This document shows positions 10,521 to 23,830 of a stretch of DNA of 64,000 nucleotides, piece after piece (the first letter of the stretch is position 1; every line of letters begins with the position of its first letter). The translations under genes were made by a program, and so were the position numbers. Under the pieces are notes generated by a model. That model worked only from the letters and a program-made list of their open reading frames with translations. It searched no databases and was not told where the DNA came from. Source of the stretch: Sphyrna mokarran (taxonomy: Eukaryota). The stretch is taken from assembly GCA_024679065.1 (NCBI GenBank), contig JAGIQG010000003.1, forward strand, positions 38,812,001-38,876,000, written 5' to 3'.

Positions 10521-10833
10521 ACAGCACAGTGGTTATACTGCTGCCTCACAGCACCAATGAGCCAAGTTTGATTCCTGATTTGGGCCACTGTCAGTGCAGA
10601 GTCTGCTCATTCTTCCCATATCTGTATGGGTTTTCTCTGGGGCTCCGGTCTCCTCCCACAGTCCAAAGATGTGTGGGTTAGGTGGATGGATTGGCCATAC
10701 TAAAATTGCCCCTTAGTGTGAGGGAGACTAGATAAGGTAAATGCATGGGATTATAGAGATGGGGCCTTGGTGGGATTGTGGTCAGTGCAGACTCAATGGG
10801 CTGACTGGCCTTATTCTGCACTATCGGATTCTA
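10521..10833 (+). mobile_element. HE1/V-type SINE with CR1-type tail
   Basis: gcacagtggtta..ctgctgcctcacagc head, V body, ...gcagactcaatgggc...ttctgcact..ggattcta tail. Confidence 0.85.
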
Positions 10834-11104
10834 TCAACAGTGATGAGCTCTTTCCACATGCAAACAGGGATTGTTGCAAAGACTAATAGAAGATGGGGAT
10901 TATACAATTACTCATACAATATATTCCTTTTTCTCAGCTACATTATACAGTTTCAAAATAACAAGCCAATTCATATCAAATAAATGCAGGGAATAATTTT
11001 AAAATCAGTACTAGTTCAAACCAGAAAACAGGTCCCAAATTAATTGATCGAGTGGTGAAAAATAACTTCACCAAGGAGAAACATGACCATAACATTTTAA
11101 AATT

Positions 11105-11400
11105 TAAAATTTATTTATTATTGTCACAAGTAGGCTCACATTAGCATTGCAATGAAGTTGAAGTTACTGTGAAAATCCCTGAGTCACCACCTGTAATGAT
11201 ATACTGAGGGAGTATTTAACATGGCCAATGCACCTAACCAGCACAATTGTTGGACTGTGGGAGGAAATCAGAGCACCCAGAGGAAAGCCATGCAAACATG
11301 AGTAGAACATGCAGATTTCACACAGTCAGTGACCCAAGTGGGAACCAAACCCAGGTCCCTGGTGTTGTGAGGCAGCACTGCTAATCACTGCACCACCCAC
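11105..11400 (-). mobile_element. V-type SINE with alternative tail
   Basis: Head at ~11400, V body, tail ...cacagtaacttc...cctacttgtgacaataataaat. Confidence 0.8.
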
Positions 11401-11599
11401 ATCATCAGAAGAAAAGATTAAAACACTATATCCTGCAAGTCGAAATGTCATATATTCATAAATATCTATATCCATAAACAAAATAACTTTTGGAACTTTT
11501 CTCCCTCTCACTGCCTCTTCTGCTGGCCAACCCTCTTACTCGGCAAATCCTTCTCCTGTACCCCCTCACTTATTGCTTCCGTCTCCCAAATAGTCACCG

Positions 11600-11900
11600 T
11601 GAATGAGAACTTGGGACAGATGCCGCAAGAGTGAGGAGGGCTTGGGAAAGGGAGAGGAGCTACAGCTGAAGGACTGGGGCCAAGGGGACCAGTGAATAGG
11701 TGGATTGGGGAAGGAGTCATGTGATCAGGAGACACTGGCAGGAGGGTATGCAAACAAGAGAGTTGGGGAGAGAGATGGACAAAGAAAGGGTCAGGGAGGG
11801 AGGTGTAAGTAGAAGGGTCAGGGAGAGAAAGGAGACTGGGAGAGTCTGGGAGGGAAATGGCAAACAGAAGGGTTGAGGAAGAACAGCAAGCATAAGATTG
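11600..11900. repeat. Purine-rich low-complexity tract
   Basis: GA-rich with repeated agggtcaggga units. Confidence 0.5.
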
Positions 11901-12535
11901 GGAAACAGAAAAGAGTCAGTTAATAAGCCAACTGGGTCACTAGCTGCTGTGTTGGCCCCAGCAAGGACAAAAACTACAGCACAAATCCCGACACTAAATG
12001 CATACAACAGGCCCAGTATAAGTGATGCAAACGCAGAATTATACTGAATGAGACATCTTCAATCGGGAACAATGTAAATACAATACTACTTGCATGTGTC
12101 TCTGTTCCAACCTATTTCTGTCTGTCACCCTTTCCCTGTGTCTCCTTCCTCATCCTGTCACAAGCCTCATTGAAAAGTGCTTGTAATATTCATTGATATG
12201 TGTCTGTTAATTTGTTCTCTGTGTGCTATTTGTCAAATCCAAATGTGGTTAGAGAAAAGAAACTAAACAGAGAAGCAGCTGGGAAGAAGCATGCAGACAT
12301 TTTAAAAGCAATGTAAATAAGCTCCTGTTTAGACATAGACAGTGGTGTGTTATTCTAAAAGGCATAAAACACAACTGTGCCTTATTAAACTAACCTGATA
12401 TACAAGAAACCAAATTCTGAGGCAAAAGTTGTTCATTTCCCCTGACAAGCAACTTAGCTAACTTTGAGAAAGACAGAAGTTCATATTGTGGACCAACTTT
12501 AATTTATATGATGACATAACATTTCCATCAAGATT

Positions 12536-13290
12536 ATAAGGAATAAGAACAATACCAGGTCATTTGACCCATTGAACCTGCACCACCATTGAATAAGATT
12601 ACAGCTGATCTGATAACAGCCTCAACTTTTCTGCCCGATCCCTATAACCCTCAACTTCCATTTGGATCACATCTATCTGTATCAGCCTTAAATATATTCA
12701 ATGACCCAGCATCCATGCTCTCTCTAGAAAAAAATTATAAAGAGTAACGTGCCTCAAGGAAGAAATTCCTTCTCATCTCCATCATCAATGGGAAATCCCA
12801 TATTTTGAGACCCTCAGTCTAGATTCTCTACAGGGGAATACTTTCTCAGCATTGATCCTATGAAACCCTTTCAGAATTTTATATGTTTCAATCAGATCAC
12901 CTCTCATTCTGCCAAACCTCAATGAGTATAAATCCAACTTGAGCAACCTTTCCTCAGATCAGAAACCTCTTCATCCCAGGAATCAGCCTGGTGAACCTTC
13001 GTTGAATGCAAGTAAATCATTCCTTAATTTGGGAGACCAAAACATACACAGTGATCTCTTTGCAATCCTATTTATGATCTGTCTAGTTGTGGCAAAACTT
13101 TGCTACTTGTATACTCCGCCCCCTATTTAATAAAGGCTAACATTCAATTGGCCTTCCTGATTACTTGCTGTATCTGCATGATAACTTTTTCTGATTCAGG
13201 TACAAGGACATTTAGATCCCTCTATACACCAGCACTCTGAAGTTTCTCTCTAAAGTGTGTTTAAACAATATTCTATTTTCCTATTCTTCG
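12536..13290 (-). mobile_element. Degenerate CR1 LINE 3' fragment
   Basis: Colinear with the CR1 at 4884-5663 (cagcctggtgaaccttc, ggagaccaaaac, ggccttcctgattacttgctg). Confidence 0.8.
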
Positions 13291-13368
13291 CAATAACAAA
13301 AAGTCCCTTCCAGGTTAATTAGATAAGCATTTAGAAATGTCAATCCAAAATTGCAGGTGTCACCTCTG

Positions 13369-13675
13369 GAAATCATAGAATCCCCACAGTTACAGAAGGA
13401 GGCCATATGGCCCATCAAGTTGTACTGACCACAATTCCACTCAGGCCCCATTCCCACACATTTGCCCTACTAATCCCCCAAATACTCAGGGCAATTTAGC
13501 ATCGCCAATCAACCTAACCCGCACATCTTTCAACTGTGGGAGGAAACTGGAGTGCCCAAAGGAAACCCACACAGACACGGGTAAAACATACAAATTCTTC
13601 ACAGACAATGACCCAAACTGGGGATTGAATTTAGGTCCACATCGCTGTGAGGCAGCAATGCTAACCATTATGACA
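13369..13675 (-). mobile_element. HE1/V-type SINE with CR1-type tail
   Basis: Full head, body and tail on the minus strand. Confidence 0.85.
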
Positions 13676-15229
13676 CTCCCAAATCTAAGGATCGCAAATT
13701 ATAAAACACTTTTGCGTCATAGACAAGGAGCAAATAAAGACTTAGCTTTCAATGAGAAAAGCCATCATGTTTCCAACAAATGCTTATTTCAAATCGTATA
13801 AAGAGCTAACTTTTGGCATATTGCCAGATGGACTTTCATGGATTTAGTGATCCAGAGGGAATTTAAATTGAAACCAATAGCTTGCATGGTCATTTTTCTG
13901 GCAATACCCTACAAATGGCCAGATTTATTGAAATTTGCCATTACTTTTGCGTTCAGTCTTTGGATTGCGCATCCAATTATCTACCAAACCCATCTCAAGT
14001 CCTTATTCAGAGAGGTGATTGTTTGATTAGGCTGAAAGATACTCACCAGATCTCCAGAGATCTTCTAAGCTGTTCAGAAGAAAATGGGCACACAGAAGCT
14101 GAAGAGTGTATAATTGGCAAAAGAAGAACATGTGAATGTTGGCCTCCACCAGAAGCTGAAAGAATTAGATGGACACAGTACAGCATTTCTACTCCCCAAG
14201 GTCCTCACAGTGATGTTAAGCTTCAGTGGAACAAGGCAATTCAAACAGGGATCCAGTGCCAGAAGAAATGACAAACCCCCACAGAAGCAGAGTTAGATTT
14301 AAAATGCTAGATATGATATGCAGAGAAATGGAAGCATTTATGAGGAGAGCTCAATAGATTTCATCAGAGGAAAGAAACATGGAGCACAGGAGTGATTAAA
14401 AAAGGAACACCCAAGAGAAGTGAAATATAAAAGAGAGAACATTCAAACGCAGCACCAATGAAGAGGATCCAAGAGAAGTATAACATAAAAAGGAAGCACT
14501 TGGCAGCAGTATATGTAAAAAGAGCATCTTGAGTAAAGTAAATTTATAGCTTAACATTCTATGCCCAAGACGACCACTCCAGTTAATATTGAGTAATTTA
14601 CAGAGAACCCTTTCAGTGCAAGGAGCCATACGGTGTGTGTGTGTAAATCAATGGCACAAGTCAAATTCTGTCACATACTCCATGAGCAACCTTTCTGTGA
14701 GGAATGCGTATTTATTTCAGTGTAGCTATAGGGTCAAGTACTATCTCTCTCAGTTTCAACTGTCCCTTGCAGACCAAAGCACAGTTGCAAACATAGACAA
14801 GAGAGTAGAAGAAAATATTTAAGGATACCCCGGCTGCCGGGCAACAAATGCTGAATACAGGACAGCACCACACAGCATGTCAAATCTACCTGATTATCTA
14901 AGATAGTGATCATGTTGATTTCTCTGTATCCTTCACATCAGGAGATTACTGCAGTAATCAGCAACAATTTACGTAAAATTCCAATGTTTACTGCACCTTC
15001 AGACACCATTTCATGCTTAAAAAACTTTCTGGGATACACAGAATTTCAGGTTATGTAGCATTGCTCAATTATTTAAGAGAAAATCAGGCAAGGCATCCAG
15101 ATAGTTCAAATGGATCATTCACTTTGGAGAAAATAACTTTGGGCATTCTTTATAACTTTCAATCTACATCTTACCCTTTCATAGGTAACATACTAACAGC
15201 ATGTCAGCTTCATCAACAAATTAATAACA

Positions 15230-15930
15230 TGGGCTAGAACTTTATGCTTTATTACAGAGGGTTTTTAAGCAGGGAGTAGGAGCATAAAATCACAAGGAAG
15301 GGGATTCCCTTCAGGTCCCCGTCGACACAGCCTTGCAGTGATTTTACGTTGGGGCAGGCAACGCCTTGGATGGTAAGCCAGTCTTTGCCCCATTTGAGGC
15401 ACTTAAATGGTCAATTAATGGTGATTTATTGATCATTTATTTCCTGCTTCGCCTCAATTTTAGGGCAATGGGTAGAAATCCAAAAATAAAGTTAGATCTT
15501 GGATGGAAAGGGAGAGGTGCTTCCATCATTAGCTCCCTCCAGACTAAGGCCACCCACCCTTTAAAATTCAGTGGCCTCCAATCCTCTCTTCCCCACCTAT
15601 TCCTTGAGAGCCTTATCATTTCTTCCCTCTCCACCTGGGAACCTTATACTCACCTGGATCTCCAGGTCCCAGAACTTGGTCTCAGACTGCTCTATGCAGT
15701 TCCTCTTCAGGCCACTGCAGTGCTATTGCTGCAGGGACAAGAGGTCTGCTAACCAATCAGATTGGCCAGTAGCTCTCCAAGGTAGGACCTGCTTCTGAAT
15801 AAAGGGCAAAATTACCAGATACTACCAATCAATGCTCATTTAAGTGTAGATTGGCTGCAGAGTAGCCAGAGCTAGCGGGGCTTTTTAGATGGTGCTTCCA
15901 AGCCCCTGCTATCTAAAAACTCAAGCCATA
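15230..15930. mobile_element. Probable non-autonomous DNA transposon (Harbinger-like), degenerate
   Basis: GC-richer block with gggctagaacttta / taaaaactcaagcc ends resembling the other MITE termini. Confidence 0.35.
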
Positions 15931-16168
15931 GTCTTTCACAAAATAGTTTCCAAGCAGAATGATTAGATTATAAGAAATGATCACAATACTAGGACAAAGA
16001 TGAAAACATATGTTGATGATCCAACTTAAGTATTGGTGACAGTACTCCAGTTATAAGTTGTATGATCGATTAGTTCGTATAAGCCAAGCACCCTGTTCTA
16101 ATGCACAAACTTACATCCATTTCATTTACCCAAAGACCTTTCTATTAGATGATTTTAAGAAATCCATA

Positions 16169-16920
16169 GGGGGCAATCTTACTGGCTCATCATGCTGATC
16201 GATCAGCGATAAAAGCCAGTAAGATTGGGTGAGAAGTGAAAAACCAGGTTTGTGCCCATTCCTCAGCTCTTGCAATGATGTTGGCTCAGTTTTGCCAGCA
16301 TAATCAGCTTCGTGACCAGGATGGCTGATTTAAATATTTATGAGGTGATTTCAATACAATGAGTCCCGGACAATTGCCTTACCAAACTCGCCAGTCGAGC
16401 TCCTCACTGGTAATTATTGCATATAGACTGCACCAATGGGGACTAGGTGTGATGGCCTCACTGGTAGGAACAGACCCCATTGAAGCTCTCCAGGTAATCG
16501 GGAGCAGAGCCAGATAGTATCCTCTGGGCAATGCCAGCCTGGTATCCTGGCAGTGCCAAGAGGGCAGGCCCATGATGAGGGACAGAGAGTACTTAATATC
16601 GGGGTTTGAGGTGGAGATCAGCCAGGTGCTGATCAGTCAAAGAGGAGTGGGCACGGAGGGGTAACAGATTCCCTAGTGCATTGTGTACACTTGTACATAG
16701 TGCACTATGAGATCAGAGTGCATGCGCAATAGCACTCCTACAGGTCAGCAGTCAGCTTCCTGGCAAGAATAAGCTTTGTCCACTGTCTTTGCTGGTGAGA
16801 AAAACATTTTGCCTCATTTTTTCCATAAGATAACATCTGGGTACTCATCTAAAAAAAATTCAATTTTCTCCCTTTTTCATGTTCGTTCGACACTTAGATT
16901 TTTTTTGTAAGATTGGCCCC
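16169..16920. mobile_element. Non-autonomous DNA transposon with 14-bp TIRs
   Basis: gggggcaatcttac (16169-16182) versus gtaagattggcccc (16907-16920), 13/14 inverted match. Flanks ata/att are compatible with a 3-bp TSD. Confidence 0.65.
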
Positions 16921-17784
16921 ATTGTGTTGTTGGGATCTCAACACAATACAGAAATCGTACACAGTGTGGAAGGGAACTTCTAACCAGCTAATAAAATCTA
17001 CAGATAGCACGTGTCAAGGAATTAGTAAAGAATTAAATGGTTATTGGACAAACTAACACAGATAGCTTACACATATGTGAATGCAGTAAATGAATCAAAA
17101 CAAATTATGATTTTAAAACATATATGCTGATATTTTAAGTGTGTTTAAAATGCATTGTCAACTTCAGAGAAGCTAAGTTATTGAAAGGTATGATGGTAAA
17201 GTCATTAGTTTAAATCCAAAGGTCTGGGAACCTGTTAATCGGCAGCAGTCTTATTGGGTGGCATCCCTGACAGAGTATGCATTATGTAACATTATTTAAT
17301 AAATGCATTCATTACCCAGACACAGGATAGGTATGAATCTGAACGCAGGAACACATGTCTATTCAATTTGGCATCCATTTTGACCTTGCGGTACTATATG
17401 TCGTTACTAGGCAAGAGAGATGCAGTTAGTGACAAGGGGGGAGGCTACATCCGCAATCAGTTGGACAAATAAGATGTCACCATGCTAATTAAGTATCTTA
17501 TGATTGGCTGGTGCATTTAACAGAGATTTGTATTGATGTGTAGCTATTAAATATAACCGATTTTAAGTTAACAAAAGGCAAAACTATTCATTATGAAAAA
17601 GTATAATTGATCTGCATTTGATTCTACGTCCTTCAGAGAGATTCTGTAGCTCTGACCGTAGAGCTATTTAACCCTTCATGAGGTTCCGGTCAGCTGTATG
17701 TCTGTACTGTTTTGTCTTACATTTAACATTAAACAAATTTGATATGTCGTTTGCACAGAGATATTTGCCTTGCAAGTTTTGAAT

Positions 17785-18742
17785 TAGAGTCATAGAGGTT
17801 TACAGCATAGAAACAGGCCCTTCAGCAAGGAACTTGTCCATGTTGCCCTTTTTTTTTAAACCCCTAAGCTAGTGTCAATTGCCCAGCTTACTCATGTAGT
17901 GTCCAAACGCTTTTAAAAAGATAAAATTGTACCTGCCTCTACTACTACCTCTAGCAGCTTGTTCCAGACACTCACTACCTTCTGTGTGAAAAAATTGCCC
18001 CTCTGGACACTTTTGTATTTCTCCTCTCTCACCTTAAATTTATGCCCTCTAGTTTTAGACTTCCTACCTTTGGGACTGGCTGATCTATGCCCCTCATTAT
18101 TTTATAGAACTCTAAAAGGTCACCCCTCAACTTCCTACGCTCCAGGGGAAAAAAATCCCAGTCTATCAAGTCTCTCCTTATAACTCAAACCATCAAGTCC
18201 CGTTAGCATTCAAGTAAATCTTTTCTGCACTCTCTCTAGCTTAATAATATCCTTTCTATATTAGGGTGACCAGAACTGCACACAGCATTTCAACTGTGGC
18301 TTACCAATATCTTGCACAACTTCAACAAGATGTCCCAACTTTTGTATTCAACATTCTGACCAATAAAACCAAGCATGCTGAATGCCTTTTTCATCACTCT
18401 GGCCACCTGTGACTCCAATTTCAAGGAGTTATGAACCTGTACCACTAGATCTCTTTGTTCTGTAACTCTCCCCAATGCCCTACTATTAATTGACTAAGTC
18501 CTGCCCTAGTTCATTCTATCAAAATGCATCACCTTGCATTTATCTAAATTAAACTCCAACTGCCACTCATCAGCTCACTGGAACAATTGATCAAGATGCC
18601 ATTGCAATTGGAGATAACCTTCTTCACTGTGCACTATGTCACCAATCTTGGCGTGGTCTGCAAACTTACTAACCATGCCTACTATATTCTCATCCAAATT
18701 ATTAATATAAATGACAAACAACAGTGGACCCAGCACCAATTG
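17785..18742 (-). mobile_element. CR1 LINE 3' fragment
   Basis: VLGPLLFVIYINNLDENIVGMVSKFADHAKIG (ORF 18575-18910) and CR1 C-terminal ORF 18290-18475. Tail at 17785. Confidence 0.9.
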
Positions 18743-19099
18743 TCTCAAACTTAGACACAATTGGCCATCTTTTGATATTTCCCCACAACATACAGCAACC
18801 ATTTTAGCAATTTCAAAGATCGAAGGTGAAAAACCCTCTCTGGTGTAGTGAAACTTCTCATGCACACAAATGACAGTTGTAATCTTACAAACTGGGTCTA
18901 TGCAGTGCATTTCAAGGACTGTGGTTCCATAGGGGCAACGTGCAAAATATAATTGTATGACACATCACACATACTTCAGTCAATTTGAACCTACTGAGCA
19001 AAAAAAGGACAAGCTACAGAAAGAAGGCAGAGCTGTGGACCAGAACTTGGAGTAGGTATATCAACAACTTATTTTATATAGTCTTAAATGTAAACAAAA

Positions 19100-19530
19100 T
19101 ATGACACCGTACCAAGTGGAGATTTTAGCCCAACGTCAAAGACTTGGTCAAAGAGATGGATTTCTAAAAATGCCATCGAGGAGCAAGTTGAGAAATAGAG
19201 GTGGAGAAGTGTGGGAAGGATATTTGAGAGTGGAAGACATATGCAACTGAAAGAACGCCAACCAATGGTCAAATGATTATAATTGGTGATTTTTCAAGAG
19301 GGTGGAGTTAGGAGAGTGCAGAAATATCAGAGGGTTATGGAGCTGGAGGAGGTTGAAAGAGGGGCAAGGCCATGGACGAATTTGAAAAGAACGATAAGAA
19401 TTTCAAATCATGGTATGGGTCCTTGTCGATAAGCAAGCACAGGGGTGGGAAATGAATGAACTTCATGTTTTGCACGAGCTCAAGTTTACAGTGAGTAAAA
19501 TGTGGGAAATCAACCAGGGCTGTGTCCCAC
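19100..19530 (-). mobile_element. Degenerate L2-like LINE fragment
   Basis: Purine-rich plus strand typical of the antisense L2 3' region (gagggttatggagctggaggaggttg...ggccatggacgaatttgaa). Confidence 0.4.
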
Positions 19531-21461
19531 CACTAAATAATTCTCTCTGTATATGTCTGGTAATTTTTTATCATTATTGCAACAGTACTTCTTTAATTTC
19601 AGGATTTCTTGTTATTCTTTACCAAAGTTTTTAACAGAATCAGAATTTCTCACTTTGGGCAAAGCTATACAATATTACCCATGTGTAAGAACAGGCCTGA
19701 AATATCAATTCAGAATCTGGCCCTGTAATTTGTTTTATAGTCACAGAAAATGGAAGTCTGATTGGAGCTAGTTTTCATTCAAGTTGATATGGCAAGATTA
19801 TGACCAATGGGCTCAATATTACTTGAGGAATTAATGTCATTTCCTTGAACTCTGCCTGTAAGAATTCCATCATCTATCATTTAAAAAGAAACAGCTTCCA
19901 TCTACCAATTTTGTTCTGTGGTAAAGTCCTAATTCAAGTTTTATAGCAACATTATAATTAGTCCTTCCTCTGGTCTATCTTTATGGGCTTGGAGCTGGAC
20001 TGTATAGAATCTCTAGAGGTTATAGACTGCTATCATCTCCATCTATAGTCAATGATTATGTACTCTTTTAATTCGCAGCTTCTCTGAAACATTCTTGTGA
20101 CATTTAATTTTTAATTTTCAGACAGTAAGTTGTACCAAATAATTTCCCAACCATTCCGCCATATTTAATCAATTCCATCATCTCATGAAGGGCTAAAGAT
20201 CTAATATCTTGATCTTTGATCAGATTAAGTACACATTCTCAAGTATGACACCTTTGAAAGATCTAATGCTACTGCCGCATGTTTAATTATATAACTATAG
20301 CATTCTGACAAAAAATTAAATCATATGCTGCATTATTTCTCAACTTCATATCCACTTCCCCAGGCTCCACTTTCCCTCAGCTCCAACGCGACCTATATTT
20401 TTACATTAACCTTCGACTAAGCCAGTATTCCTCTGTTGGATTAACGCTAATCCATTTGCAGGCAGGCAAATGCCAGCAGACTCAGTTTTATGGTCCTTCA
20501 TTGGAACTGTTCACTCCATGTTGTGCGAACTCAGGCCAAGTTCTTGTTGGTCTCCATTTTGGTCCAGACTCTGCTGCCTTAGTCTGAATGACCTTTGCTT
20601 TACAGCTAACCACTTCCTTTGCCAGGCTATGTCTGCTATGCTCCACTTGTCTTTTAAGACCATTGCTGCTCCCAGTATTAGATCCTCACTTCCCTAAAAC
20701 TGTACACACTCTTTTTACTTACTTTCCAAGCTTATTGGTTCCCTGAACTTTCATTGCATTTGCTTTCAATTCCTCTGTTTCTTGCTTCCCTGCTGTTCTA
20801 CCAGCTCCACACTTGAGGCAATGAAACAATTTCATTGGCTCCTTGCATGAAGCTTTGTGGCCTCGTGGTCAGTTCTCTACTCCTGAGTCTGGCAAATTCC
20901 AGCAATTTTCACAATGCCCCTTCGACACTTTCTGGATCCACTTCCTCTGCAAAATGGTGTCCAAACCTGGACAATGTGGATGCTCCAAGTTGACTCCACT
21001 GTTTCTAAATTGACTTCAAACTATCACAACCCTCAAACTTCAATTCTTTCATCCGATCTGCTCTCTGTCTTACATTTACAATCAAATCCTGTTGATTTCT
21101 CTCCTATGACTGTGTAATCTGATTCCCCATCTATGTCTCTTCATGGGCATATTTTGGCTGCTGTTTGGAACCTGAGGTAGGTGTTTCAATCTCCTTTTTT
21201 AAAAAAAAAATCCTTCCTGTCTCGTCAACTACTACCTCCTCAGAGTCAAACACTAAGTTCTAAATTTCCTTCCAGAATGTCTGCTCACTCATATAAAGAG
21301 CTCCTTACTATCCAGTGCAGTAATGAGAAAATTGCAATTGACCTTAGTTTCTCCAGTTTGGGAAAACAAGAAGTCAGAGGGAAGAAAACAGAGAATATGG
21401 GCTTCACTTATTGATGACAATACCGATGAATGCTGTGTGAGTCTATGTCATGTGAGGACAG

Positions 21462-21535
21462 GATGTGGAGATGCTGCCGTTGAACTGGGGTAAAAACAAA
21501 AAGAAGTCTCACAACACCAGCATAAAATCCAACAG
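21462..21535 (-). mobile_element. Penelope-derived mini-fragment (family A)
   Basis: gatgtggagatgc...gaagtctcacaacaccag...tccaacag, flanked by gt(g/a)aggacag at 21452-21461 and 21536-21545. Confidence 0.7.
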
Positions 21536-22711
21536 GTAAGGACAGAGTCAAATCTTAACAAGCATTCCTTTTGTCATGATCCTAGAGCAGCTTTCAGGAT
21601 TGATGTGGCCTTTGAGTAAAATTGCCAATTTAATGACAACTGATGTTGAATTAGAAGCAGTTTTGTGTTGTCAGACTGAATCACTCTCGCACACAGCCCC
21701 CATGCTGTTATTTAAAGTGTCCTGGAAGCATAACTTCTTGTCACAACCAGTCAATTTTGTTCATTTCTTCATAGTACAATTTACTTTGGATTGACTCAGA
21801 TTGATGAGCCAGTTTTGCCAAAGATATTCTGTTTTCAAGAAAAAACACTCATAATGTAAAAGCTTGCAAACATTCGTATCAAATGACTTTTAAACTTCAA
21901 GGTGGTCATAAAATACCAATTTTTTAAATTCTTTCATGGGATGTGGGCATCACTGGTAAGGCCAGTATTTGTCCTTAAAGCGAGTGGTAAGTCTGATGGA
22001 GCCCGCCACCTTCCCATCTTCAACCTAATTAACTCCAAGACCCCTAGATGGTCTTCCTGCCCGAATCCCAGATAAGGCCCTTAAGTAGGTAATTAATACC
22101 CACTTCAGAGCCTCATCCCCAACCACTAGCATTAACCCAGCAGTTAATAGGGTGATCACCATGCAAACTCTATTGGCTCCCTGGTGGGGCAGACACAGTG
22201 CCTAACCAAGATGCTTGACATTGGGAAGGGAAAGGCTCACGAGCTCTCCCAATCACTTCCTGCTAATATTTACCTCTGGCCTGGGATACAAAGATATTCC
22301 TCGGACTCGGATTGATGTCATGCTGAAGCTGTCACTGCCTCCCTAGTGGCATTGCTGTTCAATAAAACTGCTGGCCTCTGACAGACTAGAAATTCTCAGC
22401 AGATAGGACTTCCATCACTCCCATTCTCTTTCCCACCTCCAGCATGATCCGAAAGTCTTTTTTTCCTCAAATGGAATACCTGCTGCTGGCCTGTCAACCA
22501 CCTGAGTGGAACACGATGCAGTGGGCCTTCCCTAAAAAGAATTGACATGGGGCTCGTGGCAGCTCTCTGCCCAGTGGCTGAAACTCCAGTCACTTCAGCA
22601 AGATTGTGTCCATAGTATGCAAAATTCATTTACTCACATTTTGTGGGGGCTACCTTAGTGATTGAAAATGGGCCTAGAGATTGAAAATGGCACCCATGCC
22701 ACGCACATGTA

Positions 22712-23053
22712 GGGAAGATAGTGGCCTGGTGATATTATCACTAGACTGTTAATCCAGAAACTCAGCTAAAGTTCTGGGGACCCAGGTTCGAATCCTGCCC
22801 CGCCAGGGCAAATGGTGAAATCTGAATTAAAAAAAATAAGAAATTAAGAATCTAATGACAAAAATGAAACCATTGTCAGAAAAACCCACTTAGTTCAAGA
22901 ATGCGCTTCAGGGAAGGAAATCTGTTGTGCTTACTTGGTCTGGCCTGCTTGTGACTCAAAAACCACAACAACGTGGTTGACTCTCAACTGCCCTTGGGCA
23001 ACGAATACTGGCCCAGCCAGTGACACTCATGTCCCACTAATTAATTAAAAAAA
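22712..23053 (+). mobile_element. tRNA-derived SINE (second family)
   Basis: Box A-like TGGCCTGGTG and box B GGTTCGAATCC. Homologous to 56572-56915 and 62061-62420. Tail shared with the LINE ending at ~60195. Confidence 0.8.
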
Positions 23054-23609
23054 CATGCAATTTTGTTGCAACTGAGAGTTCATAAAGGCTCTCTATTCAA
23101 AACAGAGCAGACTACATTTTATTTACTCTTGCCAGAGAGTAACAGGTGGAATGAGCATGTGTGAGGTCCTGCATATACTTAGCCCTGTTTGCTTCAGTCT
23201 AAGCAAAGACTTCATTCTACTAAGCTTAACAATTGTAGATAGCTTGACTACGTGTAGAATCAGAAGGCATGATGGGTTAGCTAAAAATTGGCTGCATTCC
23301 TGAAAGGTCCACAATGCAGGCAAACAACAGCGTAACAGCAGCTGTAAGGTGCTGCTTCTACAGCCTGTGAAGGACACTGCCAATAACGAGATAATGCTCA
23401 AAATATATTGTGGAACTGTGTTCAGTTCAGTGCATTCAAGTTCAGGACAGGGATTGGCTGAGCAACCAGTCTCCAAGTTTGCTTTTTATTGCTCCTGTCA
23501 ATTTTTTTTTAAAGTTCTGTTCAATAAAATAAAACCATTTAAAAATTCACACCAAATGCTGTCCTCTCATCTGTTGAAATGAATGAATGGACCTAACAAC
23601 GTGGTTTCA

Positions 23610-23830
23610 TTGAAGGCTTCCCTGTGTTTCAGAGTAAGATTGGCTACATAATATCAGAATGAAGTGTAAGCAATCTAAAGGGATTCTACTCCTTCAACGT
23701 CCAGCTGGTGTGTGACCAAAGGCAGAAAATCATGCGGGTCAATATCCAGTATCCTGGGAGCAGTCAAGATGCCTTCATTCATTGGCAGTCTGCCATGCCA
23801 TCTGCATCTGAACTACTTCACACAGCCTAG
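23610..23830 (+). pseudogene. PIF/Harbinger DDE transposase relic (HARBI1-like)
   Basis: GFPVFQSKIG then, from 23672, NLKGFYSFNVQLVCDQRQKIMRVNIQYPGSSQDAFI (cf. NRKG.HS.NVQ.VCD...YPGS.HD.FI). Confidence 0.8.

Noticed and set aside
14117-14170. Peptide AKEEHVNVGLHQKLKELD resembles a tropomyosin C-terminal motif (AKEENVGLHQ)
   Set aside because: It needs a 2-residue insertion, has an in-frame stop just upstream, lacks a splice acceptor and shows no further similarity; probably chance.
14944-14959. Perfect 16-bp palindrome gattactgcagtaatc
   Set aside because: About one such palindrome is expected by chance in 64 kb.
20460-21140. Pyrimidine-rich stretch reminiscent of an old retroelement ORF
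   Set aside because: Too degenerate; no diagnostic motif could be translated.
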